IMG/VR virus record: IMGVR_UViG_3300045988_154063
Coordinates: 1 to 52,693 of that record
Length of the DNA: 52,693 bases
Strand: one strand, 5' to 3'
Source of the DNA: a virus
Below are positions 9,090 through 19,585 of this stretch, piece after piece. Position numbers and translations under genes: made by a program. The notes under the pieces are model-generated. The model saw only the letters and a program-made list of their open reading frames with translations. It searched no databases and was not told the DNA's origin. How positions within the stretch are numbered: position 1 is the stretch's first letter; each line of letters begins with the position of its first letter.

Positions 9090-11359
9090 TATTTTTTACC
9101 CCCAAAATGCCCAACTCTTGTACCTTCCGTATAAACAGAACTTTCCATAATTTTACCTGCTTTTACTCCGTCAATGTAAACATCGCCTGTAACGGTAGTC
9201 GCACCCGACGAAGAGTATGCTCTTGTGCTTGCACTTTCAATTCCGCTGTATAGGTCGGAAGAGCCGCTAAGCGAAGTGCCTGATAAATTTAATGACGGCG
9301 CACGGATTGGGTTAAGACCATTATTGACATCACCAATCATAGCAAAAATGCTTGCAAACAATGCGCCACCGATTGCGCCCGCTACTAAACCTGCCAAAGG
9401 ATTTTTTGCAAAATGGGTTGCTATACCAATGCCAATTATAGCACCTGCAAGCGTCATGCAAGCAGCAGCAAGTAATTTTGCGTCTGTTGAAGCGTCGCTC
9501 ATTAAAGTAATTAAAGAGCCTAAAAACCCTAACCACGGGTTCATTGCTGTTATTACTAATGCAATCGCAGGAACGAGCCAATTGATATTATCTCTTACAA
9601 ACTCAAACAAATCTTTTGCACCTTTGATAATGACACCTATTATATCTGAAATCGTTTGAACAAAATCAACTATATTTTGATATTCATCTTGATTTTCGAC
9701 AATTTCTTTTGAAGCGTCTGCGATATCAACATAACCGCCTAAATCGGATTTGCTACTACCGTTTAAAGTTGCAAATTTATCTAACTCCGATAATTGCTTA
9801 TTTGAGTTTTTAAGTGATTTAGTATAAGCGTCAATCTTTTCTTTTGACAATTCAAAATATTGCGATTGTCCGTTAAGTTTTGCATTAGCATAAGAAATAG
9901 CATTAGCAAAATTTAAAAAGTCATCGGCAATGGGCTTTAACAAATTAGCAAGAGTTTCAAACAACGGAATTAAAATTGTTGTAAGGCTTACTTGCATTGT
10001 AGTGCTAATTGACGAAAATGTATCTTTTATGCTTCCGAGAGTTGAATTATCTTGCGAAAGCAATTCAAAGCCTTGCTTAATCGCATTAGTAAAAGCCGAA
10101 AGAATTGTTCTTGCAATACGGTAGGTAATAATCGAACCAAGTCGCTTAAAAATATTACCAAAATTCTTTGTTTGCTTTTTAAGATTTTTGCCAATGCTGT
10201 CAAAAACGTTATCTTTCAGTTTTTCCTTGAAAGTCTTTTTAACTTCCTTTTTAACTTCGGAAGTTTTTTCAGCCATTAAATACAGTTCACCGTTTGCAAG
10301 TTTTATGTACTCTCTGACTGTTTTAAAACCTTTGGCAATTTCTTGCGTGCGAATTTTAGTTTTGTCAAATTCATCGGTTCTTAAAACTTCTTCGCCTACA
10401 AGTTCATCTACTTTTGTGCCTTTGACTTTTTTGTCTTTTAATTTTGTAGTGTCAACTTTGTCAACATTTTGCGACATTAAATACAACTCGCCATTAGCAA
10501 GTTTAGCGTATTCTCTTACAATTTCTAAGCCGTCGGAAAACTCTTTTGTTTTAAAAATTGTTTTATCGTCAAAAACTTTAATTTTGCCAAATTGATTGCC
10601 TAACGTTTCACCACTGTCAACAAGTGTTCCTTTAAACTTTTTTGTTTTTTCAGTAATGCCTGTAATAGTTTGAGAAACAAGATACAATTCACCGTTTGAC
10701 AGTTCAGCATATTCACGAATAGTTTTTATACCATCAGCAATTTCTTGTGTTTTGTAAACTGTTTTATTGTCTATTTCTTTTGCTGAAAAAACTTTACCTA
10801 AAATTTTACCATTTTCTACAAGCGTTCCGCTAATTGATTTGCTTTTGCCTGTAATATCAGTAATTGTTGTAGAAAGTAAATACAGTTTTCCATTGATGTC
10901 TTGTGTATATTCACGAACAGTTTTTAAATTTCCAGCTAATTCTTGTGTTTTATAAACAACCTTATTCCCAACTTCTCTTGAAGAAAAAACATCGCCAAGC
11001 ATTTCTCCGCTTTTGACAATCGTGCCTTTTATATTTGAAGTGGTATTTTTAATATTTTTTTCAACTTTTTTACTGTCAAATACATCAGGTACATCAACAC
11101 CTGTTAAATTTTTATAAAGATTGCGAGCTTGTTGTTGAATGCGCTTTATTTCTTTTTGGTAGTTTTCTTTTTGTTGTTTTGTACCATTTTTTAAAAAAGT
11201 TTTTGAATTAGCAATAGACAGCAATTTTTGGGCTTTTTCAGCGTCGGTGGCAGCACTTGCCAATTCTTTATTCCACTGTTTAAGCTTCTTTTTAGCTTGT
11301 TCGATGTCAACATCAATATTTATTACTAAACTTTCACTGCTATCAGTAAAATCCGCCAT
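9089..11359 (-). CDS. Tail tape measure protein
   Basis: 756 aa. The N-terminus is coiled-coil, there are four tandem repeats of about 60 aa (each containing ...REYAKLANGELYL...), the C-terminus is glycine-rich and hydrophobic, and the gene is preceded by a chaperone pair. Confidence 0.75.
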   Translation of the reverse strand: MADFTDSSESLVINIDVDIEQAKKKLKQWNKELASAATDAEKAQKLLSIANSKTFLKNGTKQQKENYQKEIKRIQQQARNLYKNLTGVDVPDVFDSKKVEKNIKNTTSNIKGTIVKSGEMLGDVFSSREVGNKVVYKTQELAGNLKTVREYTQDINGKLYLLSTTITDITGKSKSISGTLVENGKILGKVFSAKEIDNKTVYKTQEIADGIKTIREYAELSNGELYLVSQTITGITEKTKKFKGTLVDSGETLGNQFGKIKVFDDKTIFKTKEFSDGLEIVREYAKLANGELYLMSQNVDKVDTTKLKDKKVKGTKVDELVGEEVLRTDEFDKTKIRTQEIAKGFKTVREYIKLANGELYLMAEKTSEVKKEVKKTFKEKLKDNVFDSIGKNLKKQTKNFGNIFKRLGSIITYRIARTILSAFTNAIKQGFELLSQDNSTLGSIKDTFSSISTTMQVSLTTILIPLFETLANLLKPIADDFLNFANAISYANAKLNGQSQYFELSKEKIDAYTKSLKNSNKQLSELDKFATLNGSSKSDLGGYVDIADASKEIVENQDEYQNIVDFVQTISDIIGVIIKGAKDLFEFVRDNINWLVPAIALVITAMNPWLGFLGSLITLMSDASTDAKLLAAACMTLAGAIIGIGIATHFAKNPLAGLVAGAIGGALFASIFAMIGDVNNGLNPIRAPSLNLSGTSLSGSSDLYSGIESASTRAYSSSGATTVTGDVYIDGVKAGKIMESSVYTEGTRVGHFGGKK

Positions 11360-11361
11360 TG

Positions 11362-11697
11362 TTATTCTCCTTGTAATGCTTTCTTAGCCCTTATATATGC
11401 GTTATGCCGTTCAACGCCTGCCATAATTTTGTCTTTTAAAGAAACACCTTTATCTTTGTTTTCGTTTTCATTATAAGAAAACGGCTTTTTCGGGAATATT
11501 TCAGTTTTCTTAGTCGATAAACATTGATTTGTGCCTAACATTGTGTAAAGTCCCATACGCCAAGCAAGATAATCAAGTTCTTTCGTTTTTTCTTCTTGCT
11601 TTTTAACGTAGACATCGGCATAAGAATAAAACGTTTGAGGGTGTCCGAACCAAAATTCTTCAGTGGACATACCAAAAGTCAAAGCATTTTCTTCCAT
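11362..11697 (-). CDS. Tail assembly chaperone, -1 frame (T part of a G/GT pair)
   Basis: This reading frame stays open well upstream of the listed ATG and overlaps the end of the upstream ORF. A GGGTTTT heptamer lies in the upstream ORF at 11796..11802 (minus strand). Confidence 0.5.
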   Translation of the reverse strand: MEENALTFGMSTEEFWFGHPQTFYSYADVYVKKQEEKTKELDYLAWRMGLYTMLGTNQCLSTKKTEIFPKKPFSYNENENKDKGVSLKDKIMAGVERHNAYIRAKKALQGE

Positions 11698-11735
11698 TTC
11701 TTTTGCAATGTAATCTACATTCCACTCTTCGTCTT

Positions 11736-12239
11736 TTATTCGATTATTATCTTCACTTTGGGCTTGTTGTTGCTCGGCATGCCCTTGCCGCCTGTAAAAC
11801 CCAACTGAATAAACTCCATTATGTAAGTGTATACGCCTTTTACGCTGACAGTTTCGCCGTTTTCGTCCTCGGCTTCATCGTTATATAAAATGTCATTGTC
11901 ATCGCAAAAGTTTATAAGACTTTCGGCGTATTGTTTAGTGTTGCAGTCATTCATACCGCCATATTCCAACATTTCTGGTAAAGCAAAGTCAACTATTGTT
12001 TTTGTGCATTTTTCAATTTCATAAGCAAGCGTTGCTAATGCAAAATAATCTTCTGTCGACAATTCGTTATTAGAATTGATTTTTTCCATTTTATCTTGCA
12101 GTGCACTTGCTTGTTTTGCATATTCAAGAATTTTCGGCTCATGCTTATAAAACCTATATGCCATTTCACGATTTATACCTAATGTAAAATCATAATTACC
12201 TATTTTAAAATGCTTTGTTAGTTTACGATAGTTTCCCAT
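11736..12239 (-). CDS. Tail assembly chaperone (G part)
   Basis: 167 aa acidic protein sitting between the major tail protein and the tape measure gene. Confidence 0.5.
   Translation of the reverse strand: MGNYRKLTKHFKIGNYDFTLGINREMAYRFYKHEPKILEYAKQASALQDKMEKINSNNELSTEDYFALATLAYEIEKCTKTIVDFALPEMLEYGGMNDCNTKQYAESLINFCDDNDILYNDEAEDENGETVSVKGVYTYIMEFIQLGFTGGKGMPSNNKPKVKIIIE
11796..11802 (-). other. Candidate -1 programmed ribosomal frameshift slippery heptamer (G GGU UUU)
   Basis: It has the X XXY YYZ form in the zero frame of 11736..12239, and the -1 frame is open from upstream of this site through to 11362. Confidence 0.45.
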
Positions 12240-12341
12240 TCTGATTTTCTCCTTTGGCTTATTAAAAAGCCTTTATAGTTGCATTATACTCTATAAAGGC
12301 TTAAAAATCAAGTTTTTTATTTATTTTTGTTTAATAACTTT

Positions 12342-12830
12342 TTATGCCGCTTTTGTGATTTTGTTTGTAGACGCAGTAAATTTCCATTTAGTAGGCTCAA
12401 AACTTGCGCCTGTTCCTGTTCCGTCTACTTCAATTTCATCTTCGGCAACAACAGTTATTGTCATAGTTCTTGCTTCGGCAATACTGCCGCCCGCAATTTG
12501 AACCGAAACCTGTCCCGTCCATTTAAGCAAAGACTGACTTTCCTCAAAGAAAAGACAAAACGCTTTTGTAGTATTCCCTAATGCTTTAACTATTGCATAA
12601 GTTTTCGGGTCGTACATAGCAGTATAAGTCTGTTGAGGCTGGTCTGGAAGTCCTTGTTTATACACCCTTTTATGATTTGACATAGTTGTAATGTCAATCG
12701 TTTCAGGCGCACTTTCAAGTTCGGAATAGTCCGTTATATCAACATATTTGGTATATTCGCTTATTGGCGTTGCAGATGACGTAGGTACATCTGTCCAACC
12801 TAAATAAGTGCCAATCGTTGTTTCAGCCAT
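12342..12830 (-). CDS. Major tail (tube) protein
   Basis: 162 aa ORF directly upstream of the chaperones and tape measure gene, which is the canonical order in siphoviruses. Confidence 0.5.
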   Translation of the reverse strand: MAETTIGTYLGWTDVPTSSATPISEYTKYVDITDYSELESAPETIDITTMSNHKRVYKQGLPDQPQQTYTAMYDPKTYAIVKALGNTTKAFCLFFEESQSLLKWTGQVSVQIAGGSIAEARTMTITVVAEDEIEVDGTGTGASFEPTKWKFTASTNKITKAA

Positions 12831-12832
12831 AT

Positions 12833-13309
12833 TTATACTCCTTGATAAAATATTTTGTTTTTGTTATCAAACCCGAAACTACCACGAATAATACGCCGAT
12901 AGACTTGTTTGTCATAAAGGTTGGGTATCGTTTGATTTTCGGAGATAATAACGTGAAATTCTTTTTGTAGAGTTTGTTTGATTTTGTAGTTTATTAAAGT
13001 GCCTATGCGTTCTTTACTATCTTCGCCCACTCTTTGATTGAATGTTTGAAGATAGAAAGACACATAAGAATATTGTTCAATTTCAGTCGAGTGAATTTTA
13101 CTTACATCAACACGGGGATAAAAATCAATATGAAAGCAAGGAAACTCGGAACTGCCGTCATCAAGACTGTCGTAATACTGCATTTCCCTTTGCCCGAAAA
13201 GATTATACCAATAATCTTCTTCGTGGTCGGCGTCGTTTTTGAACGCATTTAACAATGTTTCAACAAACAGGTCTTTCATTTCTATTTCGTTAAACGTTAA
13301 ACTGTCCAT
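12833..13309 (-). CDS. Head-tail joining or tail completion protein
   Basis: 158 aa, placed between the connector genes and the tube gene. Confidence 0.3.
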   Translation of the reverse strand: MDSLTFNEIEMKDLFVETLLNAFKNDADHEEDYWYNLFGQREMQYYDSLDDGSSEFPCFHIDFYPRVDVSKIHSTEIEQYSYVSFYLQTFNQRVGEDSKERIGTLINYKIKQTLQKEFHVIISENQTIPNLYDKQVYRRIIRGSFGFDNKNKIFYQGV

Positions 13310-13312
13310 ATT

Positions 13313-13972
13313 TTACCCCTCCCATTTATTGCTTTTAGGTCTTGTAATATTTGTTTTAAACTTAAATGACGGTTTTTTAAAACCTTTGCCTATTTCTTTT
13401 TCGGTTTCGGCAATTTTTTGGTTTAATGTAGTTTTCATTGCTTGTCTTGCCGCCCACATATAGTTTGCTGCAACACTTGTGTTTGTAAACCCTTTGGACG
13501 AGATTTTTAATTCGCCCTCTTTGTTTACATAAGGTTGTGGTTCAAGTAACGGATAAAACCAATAGCCTGCGTGTTCGCCTTCTTGAATAACAAATTGAGG
13601 AATATAATTGTAAGCCGCAACGCCTGTCGGAGTTGATTTTGCTTCGTTCGCCCCCAAACCTGCGCCATACTCCGCAAAATACATTTCGTATTTTATGATT
13701 TCATTATCTCCTGAAACGGGTGCATAAACTTTATAACCGTTTTTTGATATTTTCTGTATTCCGATTTCATTCATAAGCATTTCACCGTGCTTTTGAGTAA
13801 AATCAGGGCTTGAAGCGGCTGCCACTAATGTTGCTTGCGCCATTTGCAATCCTTCGTTGGCAATCATTTCGCTACTCGCTTGTAGTTTGTTTAAGGCTTT
13901 ATTGATTATTCTATTACTTTTTTTAACTATATTGTTTGCTTGCGTTTTAACTGCTGATTTCTTGTGTGCCAT
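13313..13972 (-). CDS. Head-tail joining protein
   Basis: 219 aa, assigned by position in the neck module. Confidence 0.3.
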   Translation of the reverse strand: MAHKKSAVKTQANNIVKKSNRIINKALNKLQASSEMIANEGLQMAQATLVAAASSPDFTQKHGEMLMNEIGIQKISKNGYKVYAPVSGDNEIIKYEMYFAEYGAGLGANEAKSTPTGVAAYNYIPQFVIQEGEHAGYWFYPLLEPQPYVNKEGELKISSKGFTNTSVAANYMWAARQAMKTTLNQKIAETEKEIGKGFKKPSFKFKTNITRPKSNKWEG

Positions 13973-13977
13973 AACTT

Positions 13978-14559
13978 TTACCTATTTTCAAAGTAAATGT
14001 TTTTGCCGTTTTCAGTAATTTCAACAATGCTTATACGCATAGCATTTTCCATGTCCAAAACGCTTTTAGGTTTGCGTTCCCAAAACGTATCGGCACTTGT
14101 GAAAGGAAAATAGAAATCTTTTGGTATATACGCTTTCTTTTGTTTTGCGTCATAATCAATCGTAACATTCCCTACCTTGCCTTGATATGTAACATACAAA
14201 GTTTTGTTATTCGGTTTTGTACTCATTAAAAATACTTTTATTATGCCGTCCGTAGGCTCGGTTTTGCCCGTTACCTCATATTCGGCACTCGTAAGCGTTG
14301 TATCAATGGGTTTGTCTTTAAACCAAAACTTTGTAGCTACATCAATGAATTTGCTATCTTCGTTTAAGTTGAACATTGCAACTGCATTGTATTGTATTGT
14401 TTCACCATAGTATTCGATTTGCCGTGTCCCGCTTAAAGGAACTAATTGTCCGTGTAACGTTTTTGCAGTGGAGTACATAGACATTTTTTTGTCGTTTTCA
14501 CATATCCTAAAAGCGCAATAGGCAATTCGACTATCTTTACGGCTTATATTTTTGGGCAT
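13978..14559 (-). CDS. Head-tail joining protein
   Basis: 193 aa, assigned by position in the neck module. Confidence 0.3.
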   Translation of the reverse strand: MPKNISRKDSRIAYCAFRICENDKKMSMYSTAKTLHGQLVPLSGTRQIEYYGETIQYNAVAMFNLNEDSKFIDVATKFWFKDKPIDTTLTSAEYEVTGKTEPTDGIIKVFLMSTKPNNKTLYVTYQGKVGNVTIDYDAKQKKAYIPKDFYFPFTSADTFWERKPKSVLDMENAMRISIVEITENGKNIYFENR

Positions 14560-14577
14560 AACACTTACTCTCCTTTT

Positions 14578-14937
14578 TTAATCGGTAGGCAAGTCAAAGC
14601 GATTGCTGTTGTAAGTATATCCACTCGGACGGATATACGGCGCAATGTTTGCCGCAAGCAATTCGCTTAAAATTGACGAACTACCATAGACATCTTTTAC
14701 GCCGTTAGCGTCGCGACTTGTCGAACCCTCTTGCCCCTCGTAATTAAACAATGTAACAACGCAGTTGACTAAAAGATTATCCCACTTTTTGTCGTATGCG
14801 TTTGCTTGTGCAAAAGTTACTATTTGGCAAGCGGCATCTTCTATTAAATCTTGCAGTAAAAACCGTCCGTCCTCAAAATCAACGATTTGGGGAATACGCC
14901 GCAAAATCTTTTCAGTAATTTTTTCTAACCAAGTCAT
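14578..14937 (-). CDS. Head-tail adaptor or connector protein
   Basis: 119 aa ORF immediately downstream of the major capsid gene. Confidence 0.4.
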   Translation of the reverse strand: MTWLEKITEKILRRIPQIVDFEDGRFLLQDLIEDAACQIVTFAQANAYDKKWDNLLVNCVVTLFNYEGQEGSTSRDANGVKDVYGSSSILSELLAANIAPYIRPSGYTYNSNRFDLPTD

Positions 14938-14964
14938 GACGATTATCCTCTCTTTGCCGAGTTA

Positions 14965-15999
14965 TTAGGTCGTAATCTTAGCAATAAACAGGCTGTTGCT
15001 ATCTCTCAGTACGGGCAAGAACAAGGTCGAACCCTTAGTCCAAACGGCAACAGGGTCAGGTTCTTTCCAAGAAGTAACGGTAACAAAGTTCTTATCGGAA
15101 AGAGTAATGCCTGCGTCATCTCTAAGACCAAGTTCTTCAGGCGTATAGCCGAATACACTTGTACCGACTGTACCTTCCGTCGTAAGGAACGCAATGTTCA
15201 TTTCGGGTAAGAAACGTCTTGCCTGCGTATCTTTTGCGTCAACTTTGTACATAGCGTCGTTTTCTACGAACTCTATACCGAACATACCTTTTAAGTATGC
15301 TTTCAAAGTTTCTTCCGTAAGGATAGTCGGCGTGTTGGTTTTATAAAACTGCGTCTGAATTTTGCTATTTTTGAGCATATATTCGATAATTGTGGTCGAA
15401 CAGATTGCTCTTACGATTTTATAACCTTTCTTTTTCGCCGCCGTGCAAACTTTGGTAAGTGCGCCAAGAATATCGGCGTCCGCCGTGTCCCAATCTTTAA
15501 ACAGAGTATCGGTTGTGCCGTCAAAAATGTTCTTTGAGGGAACGTGATAATCAACGGTGATGTTCTGCTCGTTTTCTTTGTATGTAACTTTACCTGTGGC
15601 AAGAAGTTCCATTCTCGCAACTTCGCAACGTGTCATACAACGGCTTGCTTCCATGTTGTAATCGTCAAAAATAAAGTCGATTACTTCATCACGGCTTGCA
15701 TTGTTACCGAGTGTTTCGATAATTCTTTCGGAAGTATTGATTTTTTCCTTGATAAGCAATTTGCTGTAAACAAGTTCCTCAAAATCAGGTCTGTTACCTA
15801 TTCTTGCTTCTGCGTCAAGAGCGTGAACCTGTGCCATAACAGGGAGATTGCCGCCCTCTGCGAGCTGACGTATTTTTGCCTTCATGTTGTAAGTCTTTTC
15901 TTTTGAAAAGAGCTTATCGCCCATAAAGTTGTAGTCGTAAGTAAGATTTTGAGCAAAAGTCATTCTTTGCTCATTTGATACGAGAGAAAGTATATCCAT
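14965..15999 (-). CDS. Major capsid protein (lambda gpE-like)
   Basis: 344 aa. Its size and its place in the order portal-scaffold-decoration-capsid match a lambda-like head module. Confidence 0.6.
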   Translation of the reverse strand: MDILSLVSNEQRMTFAQNLTYDYNFMGDKLFSKEKTYNMKAKIRQLAEGGNLPVMAQVHALDAEARIGNRPDFEELVYSKLLIKEKINTSERIIETLGNNASRDEVIDFIFDDYNMEASRCMTRCEVARMELLATGKVTYKENEQNITVDYHVPSKNIFDGTTDTLFKDWDTADADILGALTKVCTAAKKKGYKIVRAICSTTIIEYMLKNSKIQTQFYKTNTPTILTEETLKAYLKGMFGIEFVENDAMYKVDAKDTQARRFLPEMNIAFLTTEGTVGTSVFGYTPEELGLRDDAGITLSDKNFVTVTSWKEPDPVAVWTKGSTLFLPVLRDSNSLFIAKITT

Positions 16000-16010
16000 A
16001 GTTTATCTCC

Positions 16011-16433
16011 TTAAAAATCTTCGGGGTCGTTAGGTCTTGTAACAGAACCGTCAACCCAAGTAGCCGCAAGTAAGCCCTGTGCTTTACATTCAGCAAGAGA
16101 GGGTGAAGTTGCAGCGGGCGTTCCGCCAGAGCCAGCGTCGGCAGGAGCTTTCGGAAGTTTGCCTGCAATGTAGTATCCTGCAACCATTACAGGAATAGTA
16201 ACTTTTTTATCAGCGGTAGAACCCGTAAGGTCTACGTCCTGATAAACGATACCCTTAACGTTCGCCGAAGAGAAAAGAGTACCTGCTTTAAGAGTTTTGT
16301 GCGTAAGACCGTCAGCGTCTACTTCGTTTACAACTAAACCCGTATTGGTAACAGCGTCCGCACTTGCCGATTTCAGTACAAGACACTCTTCGCTTGCAAG
16401 GAAGTTAGGTCTTGAAACAGTAATTGTAGCCAT
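16011..16433 (-). CDS. Head decoration protein (gpD-like)
   Basis: 140 aa ORF between the scaffold and major capsid genes, the position gpD occupies in lambda. Confidence 0.45.
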   Translation of the reverse strand: MATITVSRPNFLASEECLVLKSASADAVTNTGLVVNEVDADGLTHKTLKAGTLFSSANVKGIVYQDVDLTGSTADKKVTIPVMVAGYYIAGKLPKAPADAGSGGTPAATSPSLAECKAQGLLAATWVDGSVTRPNDPEDF

Positions 16434-16455
16434 AGTTTCTCCTTTTTATTATATT

Positions 16456-17046
16456 TTATAAATTTACTTTGTTAGTCGAACTCGGTCTATCAAGTTCAAC
16501 ACGAGCGTTTTGGTTTTGAGTAACCGAATTATATTTTTGCGCTCTTTTGATTATTTCATTATCAACGCTTGTATCGGAAGAACTTCCGCCGTTTGTTCTC
16601 GGCGTGCCTGTTTGGATGTTTTCTTTGAGTTTCTTTTCGTAATCTTGATTATACTTTGTACGAGCGGCTATTACTTTGTCGGCTTTTTCAATGCTTTCAT
16701 CGTAATTATCACCGAGCAAACTCATATAAACATCGACTTCTTCGTCTGAAAAAAGATTAGCTGCTTTCAAGTGATTTTTAAATCTTTCACCATTAAACGC
16801 TTTTCTGTCGTTTGCCAATGCTTCACGGTCTTTGGCAAGTTTTTCTTCTGCTGAAAGTTTTGCGGTTTCTTCGATTTCTTTGCGAACCTGCGTTTCAATG
16901 TCTTTTTTCAAAGACTTTTCGGCGTTGGCTCTTGCCGTGGTGCTTGCTTCGTTGCGAACTCTATCCATTTCAGCATTGTAGCCCGTTTCGTCAAAAACAA
17001 GTTCACCTTTTTCGTTGGTACTGATAAAATCTTTTAATGTTTTCAT
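16456..17046 (-). CDS. Scaffolding protein
   Basis: 196 aa, highly charged and predicted helical, lying between the portal and capsid genes. Confidence 0.5.
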   Translation of the reverse strand: MKTLKDFISTNEKGELVFDETGYNAEMDRVRNEASTTARANAEKSLKKDIETQVRKEIEETAKLSAEEKLAKDREALANDRKAFNGERFKNHLKAANLFSDEEVDVYMSLLGDNYDESIEKADKVIAARTKYNQDYEKKLKENIQTGTPRTNGGSSSDTSVDNEIIKRAQKYNSVTQNQNARVELDRPSSTNKVNL

Positions 17047-17146
17047 TCTCTTCTCCCCAATTCGTTTAAAAACTTAACCCGACTTATGCCGTTTGCCATT
17101 TCTACCCGAACCGTTAAAAATTAAATATTTATTATGAACGCCTTTA

Positions 17147-18781
17147 TCAGGCAGTTTCACCACTGTTATTTGTTTGTTTTTCAGCATTTAAAGTGCTGTT
17201 TTCGCTATTTTTTTGCGAATTTGTATCGTTAGCGTCCGTACTTTCTGCATTTTCAGTGGCTGTTGCACTATTTGCATTACCCACACCTTTATTAAGTGAT
17301 AAGAAGTTTGTACCGTTGTTCCACGCTTCCAAAATCTTTTTATTGATTTCGGAGGGGTCAGTGCCAACACCCGAACAAATACACGCATTAACATAGTCCA
17401 TACCGCCGTTTACAAGATTAATAAACGCTTGCGAAGCAGACAGTGCGTCATCGTTAAACGAACGCAAGAATTTACATCTTACATCTCGTGCTTTTAAGTC
17501 CGTAATGCCCTCAACTTTTACGTTTTCGCAATACGACAAGCACAAATCTATAAATTGCAATTCCGCTTTATCCATTTTCGGAATAATAAGCCCTGCATTG
17601 TTTTCCAAATCTCTGAAACCGTTACGATATTTAACGGCTTGACCTGTATCACCGCCGCCACCGCCACGTTCTTGTCTATTCGGAATACCTACACATTCTT
17701 GAATAAGCAAGTCGATATAATCGGCAAGTTGCTGAATACTCGTTTGGTCGAGCGCATTTTTCAATATCTCGGCTTTTGAGGGGTTGTTCGGGTTAGCAAC
17801 TTTTAATTCTAACAAACGTGCTTGCAATGCTTGTTTTTTGTCATCCTCGTTTTCAAACGCACAGTTTGTCAAAACAAGAATGTAATCAACCATTTGCTGA
17901 ATGTCGTCCATTCTGTTAGAAATAAGATTGTTTTTAAGTTCCAACAATTCCGTTGCAACTTCCCAATCGCCTTTTCTAAACGGATTGCGCTCAACCTCTA
18001 TAAGCGGAATACGCTTATTCGACAATTGATAAACATCGACTTCTTTTTCGCCAATTTTCTGTTTAACTGTGTCGTAGCCATCGCCGCTTTCGCTGTCTTT
18101 CAGCATATATTGAGCGTATTTCGTCCAACATGTATAAAGATTACCGTCCGCCTTGCCCTCTTCGTTATAATAAGTGCCTATAATAAAGCCCATTACAGGT
18201 CGTGAAATGCTTTCATTTGAATAAACCACGCCTGCAAGCATAGGCATTATAATGTCGGTATTGATTACAAACGGAATACCGTTTAATTCCAACTCCTCAT
18301 TATTAGCAGGCAAAGCAAGTTTATACCCAACACCGCAAATACTTGCGCACATAGTAGCCATAATGTCGCTGTCGTGATTGCCCATACGGTCGAGCATTTC
18401 CGACAACACCTCGACTTGCGCTTGCTTTGTGGTTTGCGCATCGCCGCTTTCTGTTTCGTCAGAACCTCTTGCAATAAATTTTACAGGTTCACCGAAACAA
18501 TAACCGTTTATTGTTCTCGATAACGCCCAAGCATTAGGTATAGAAACTTTGTTGTTTATATCTTCACGAGTAACTTTATCCTTACTCCACCAATCGGTTT
18601 TATTAACAAAAATGTTAAACAAGGTCATTTCTTGCGTTTGATTGGTTTCGTGAACGGACATTACATCGCTAAGGATAAGTTTAACGGTTTCTAAATCGCC
18701 ATTTATGTCGCCCGTAATTTGTCTATTCGTCACCAACTTGCGCCGACCGTATATTTGATTAGATAAATCTATTTGAGCCAT
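17147..18781 (-). CDS. Portal protein
   Basis: 544 aa with an acidic S/N-rich tail, sitting downstream of TerL in the packaging module. Confidence 0.65.
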   Translation of the reverse strand: MAQIDLSNQIYGRRKLVTNRQITGDINGDLETVKLILSDVMSVHETNQTQEMTLFNIFVNKTDWWSKDKVTREDINNKVSIPNAWALSRTINGYCFGEPVKFIARGSDETESGDAQTTKQAQVEVLSEMLDRMGNHDSDIMATMCASICGVGYKLALPANNEELELNGIPFVINTDIIMPMLAGVVYSNESISRPVMGFIIGTYYNEEGKADGNLYTCWTKYAQYMLKDSESGDGYDTVKQKIGEKEVDVYQLSNKRIPLIEVERNPFRKGDWEVATELLELKNNLISNRMDDIQQMVDYILVLTNCAFENEDDKKQALQARLLELKVANPNNPSKAEILKNALDQTSIQQLADYIDLLIQECVGIPNRQERGGGGGDTGQAVKYRNGFRDLENNAGLIIPKMDKAELQFIDLCLSYCENVKVEGITDLKARDVRCKFLRSFNDDALSASQAFINLVNGGMDYVNACICSGVGTDPSEINKKILEAWNNGTNFLSLNKGVGNANSATATENAESTDANDTNSQKNSENSTLNAEKQTNNSGETA

Positions 18782-18946
18782 AGAAACCCCTTTTACGACC
18801 TAAAATGCTTATTATATATTTATAAAATACCCTACATTTTTTGATTTGTCAATACTTTAACGATAAATTTTTTATAAAAATTAAAAAAAGAGTGCATAAT
18901 TCGCTTTTAACTGAACCATGCACCCATACAAGGAGATAATGAATAA

Positions 18947-19309
18947 TCAATTTTTACGCTTAAAAGATATTTCGGCAATATCCTGTTTCGCTCTGTCTTT
19001 TATTTCTTGAATACGCTTTGTCGTTTTTTCGTGGCAGTCCTTACAAAGAAATACCAAATCGTCCATATGATGTAATTCGTCATACAAATGCTCATAAGTC
19101 ATATGGTGAACTTGAAAGCCTTTTAAGGTCTTTTTGTCTGTGCATTTCTTTTCGCAACATTCGCAAATGAAGTGCGCTCGTTTTGCCGCCTTTAACCTGA
19201 TTTTCTTCCACTTTTTAGATTGTAAATATTCATAATACTTTGTCTTATAGTAAGTATTTTTCTTTTTCTTTCCACCTATTAAGCCAAACAACATCGCTAC
19301 ACACCCCAC
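18947..19309 (-). CDS. HNH endonuclease, packaging-associated
   Basis: It carries the CxxC...HH...CxxCH HNH motif (CECCEK..VHHM..LCKDCH). The true start is probably the internal ATG coding MLFGL. Confidence 0.75.
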   Translation of the reverse strand: MGCVAMLFGLIGGKKKKNTYYKTKYYEYLQSKKWKKIRLKAAKRAHFICECCEKKCTDKKTLKGFQVHHMTYEHLYDELHHMDDLVFLCKDCHEKTTKRIQEIKDRAKQDIAEISFKRKN

Positions 19310-19449
19310 CTAACTATCATTTTTTTCCTAAAAGAAAAAGCACTATTTAACTACAATGGAAGCAGTAATTAAACAGTGCTTATAAAAAAGTGCAGAATGG
19401 GATATATTCTTTACTCTTTTAGCGATATTTAATTTCTTCCATCGCTTGC

Positions 19450-19478
19450 ATTATAGTGCAATGAACTTTGTTTGTCAA
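19450..19478 (-). promoter_or_regulatory. Sigma-A-type promoter (TTGACA-17 bp-TATAAT) reading toward the HNH and portal genes, with its -35 inside an inverted repeat
   Basis: On the minus strand, TTGACA is encoded at 19478..19473 and TATAAT at 19455..19450 with a 17 nt spacer. The inverted repeat TGTCAA-N6-TTGACA spans 19473..19490. Confidence 0.6.
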
Positions 19479-19540
19479 GTATTTTTGACAACTTTTTTTA
19501 TTTATTTAAATATATACTCTGTTTAGAGCCGAGCCATTAA

Positions 19541-19585
19541 AAAAGGGTAGAATATGCCTATCGAAAAAGCATACGCTACCCGAAA
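19541..19585 (-). terminator. Rho-independent terminator (minus strand)
   Basis: A gggtag...ctaccc stem with an inner tatgc/gcata stem is followed by TTTTTT on the minus strand. It ends the transcript coming from the 20056..20505 gene. Confidence 0.5.
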
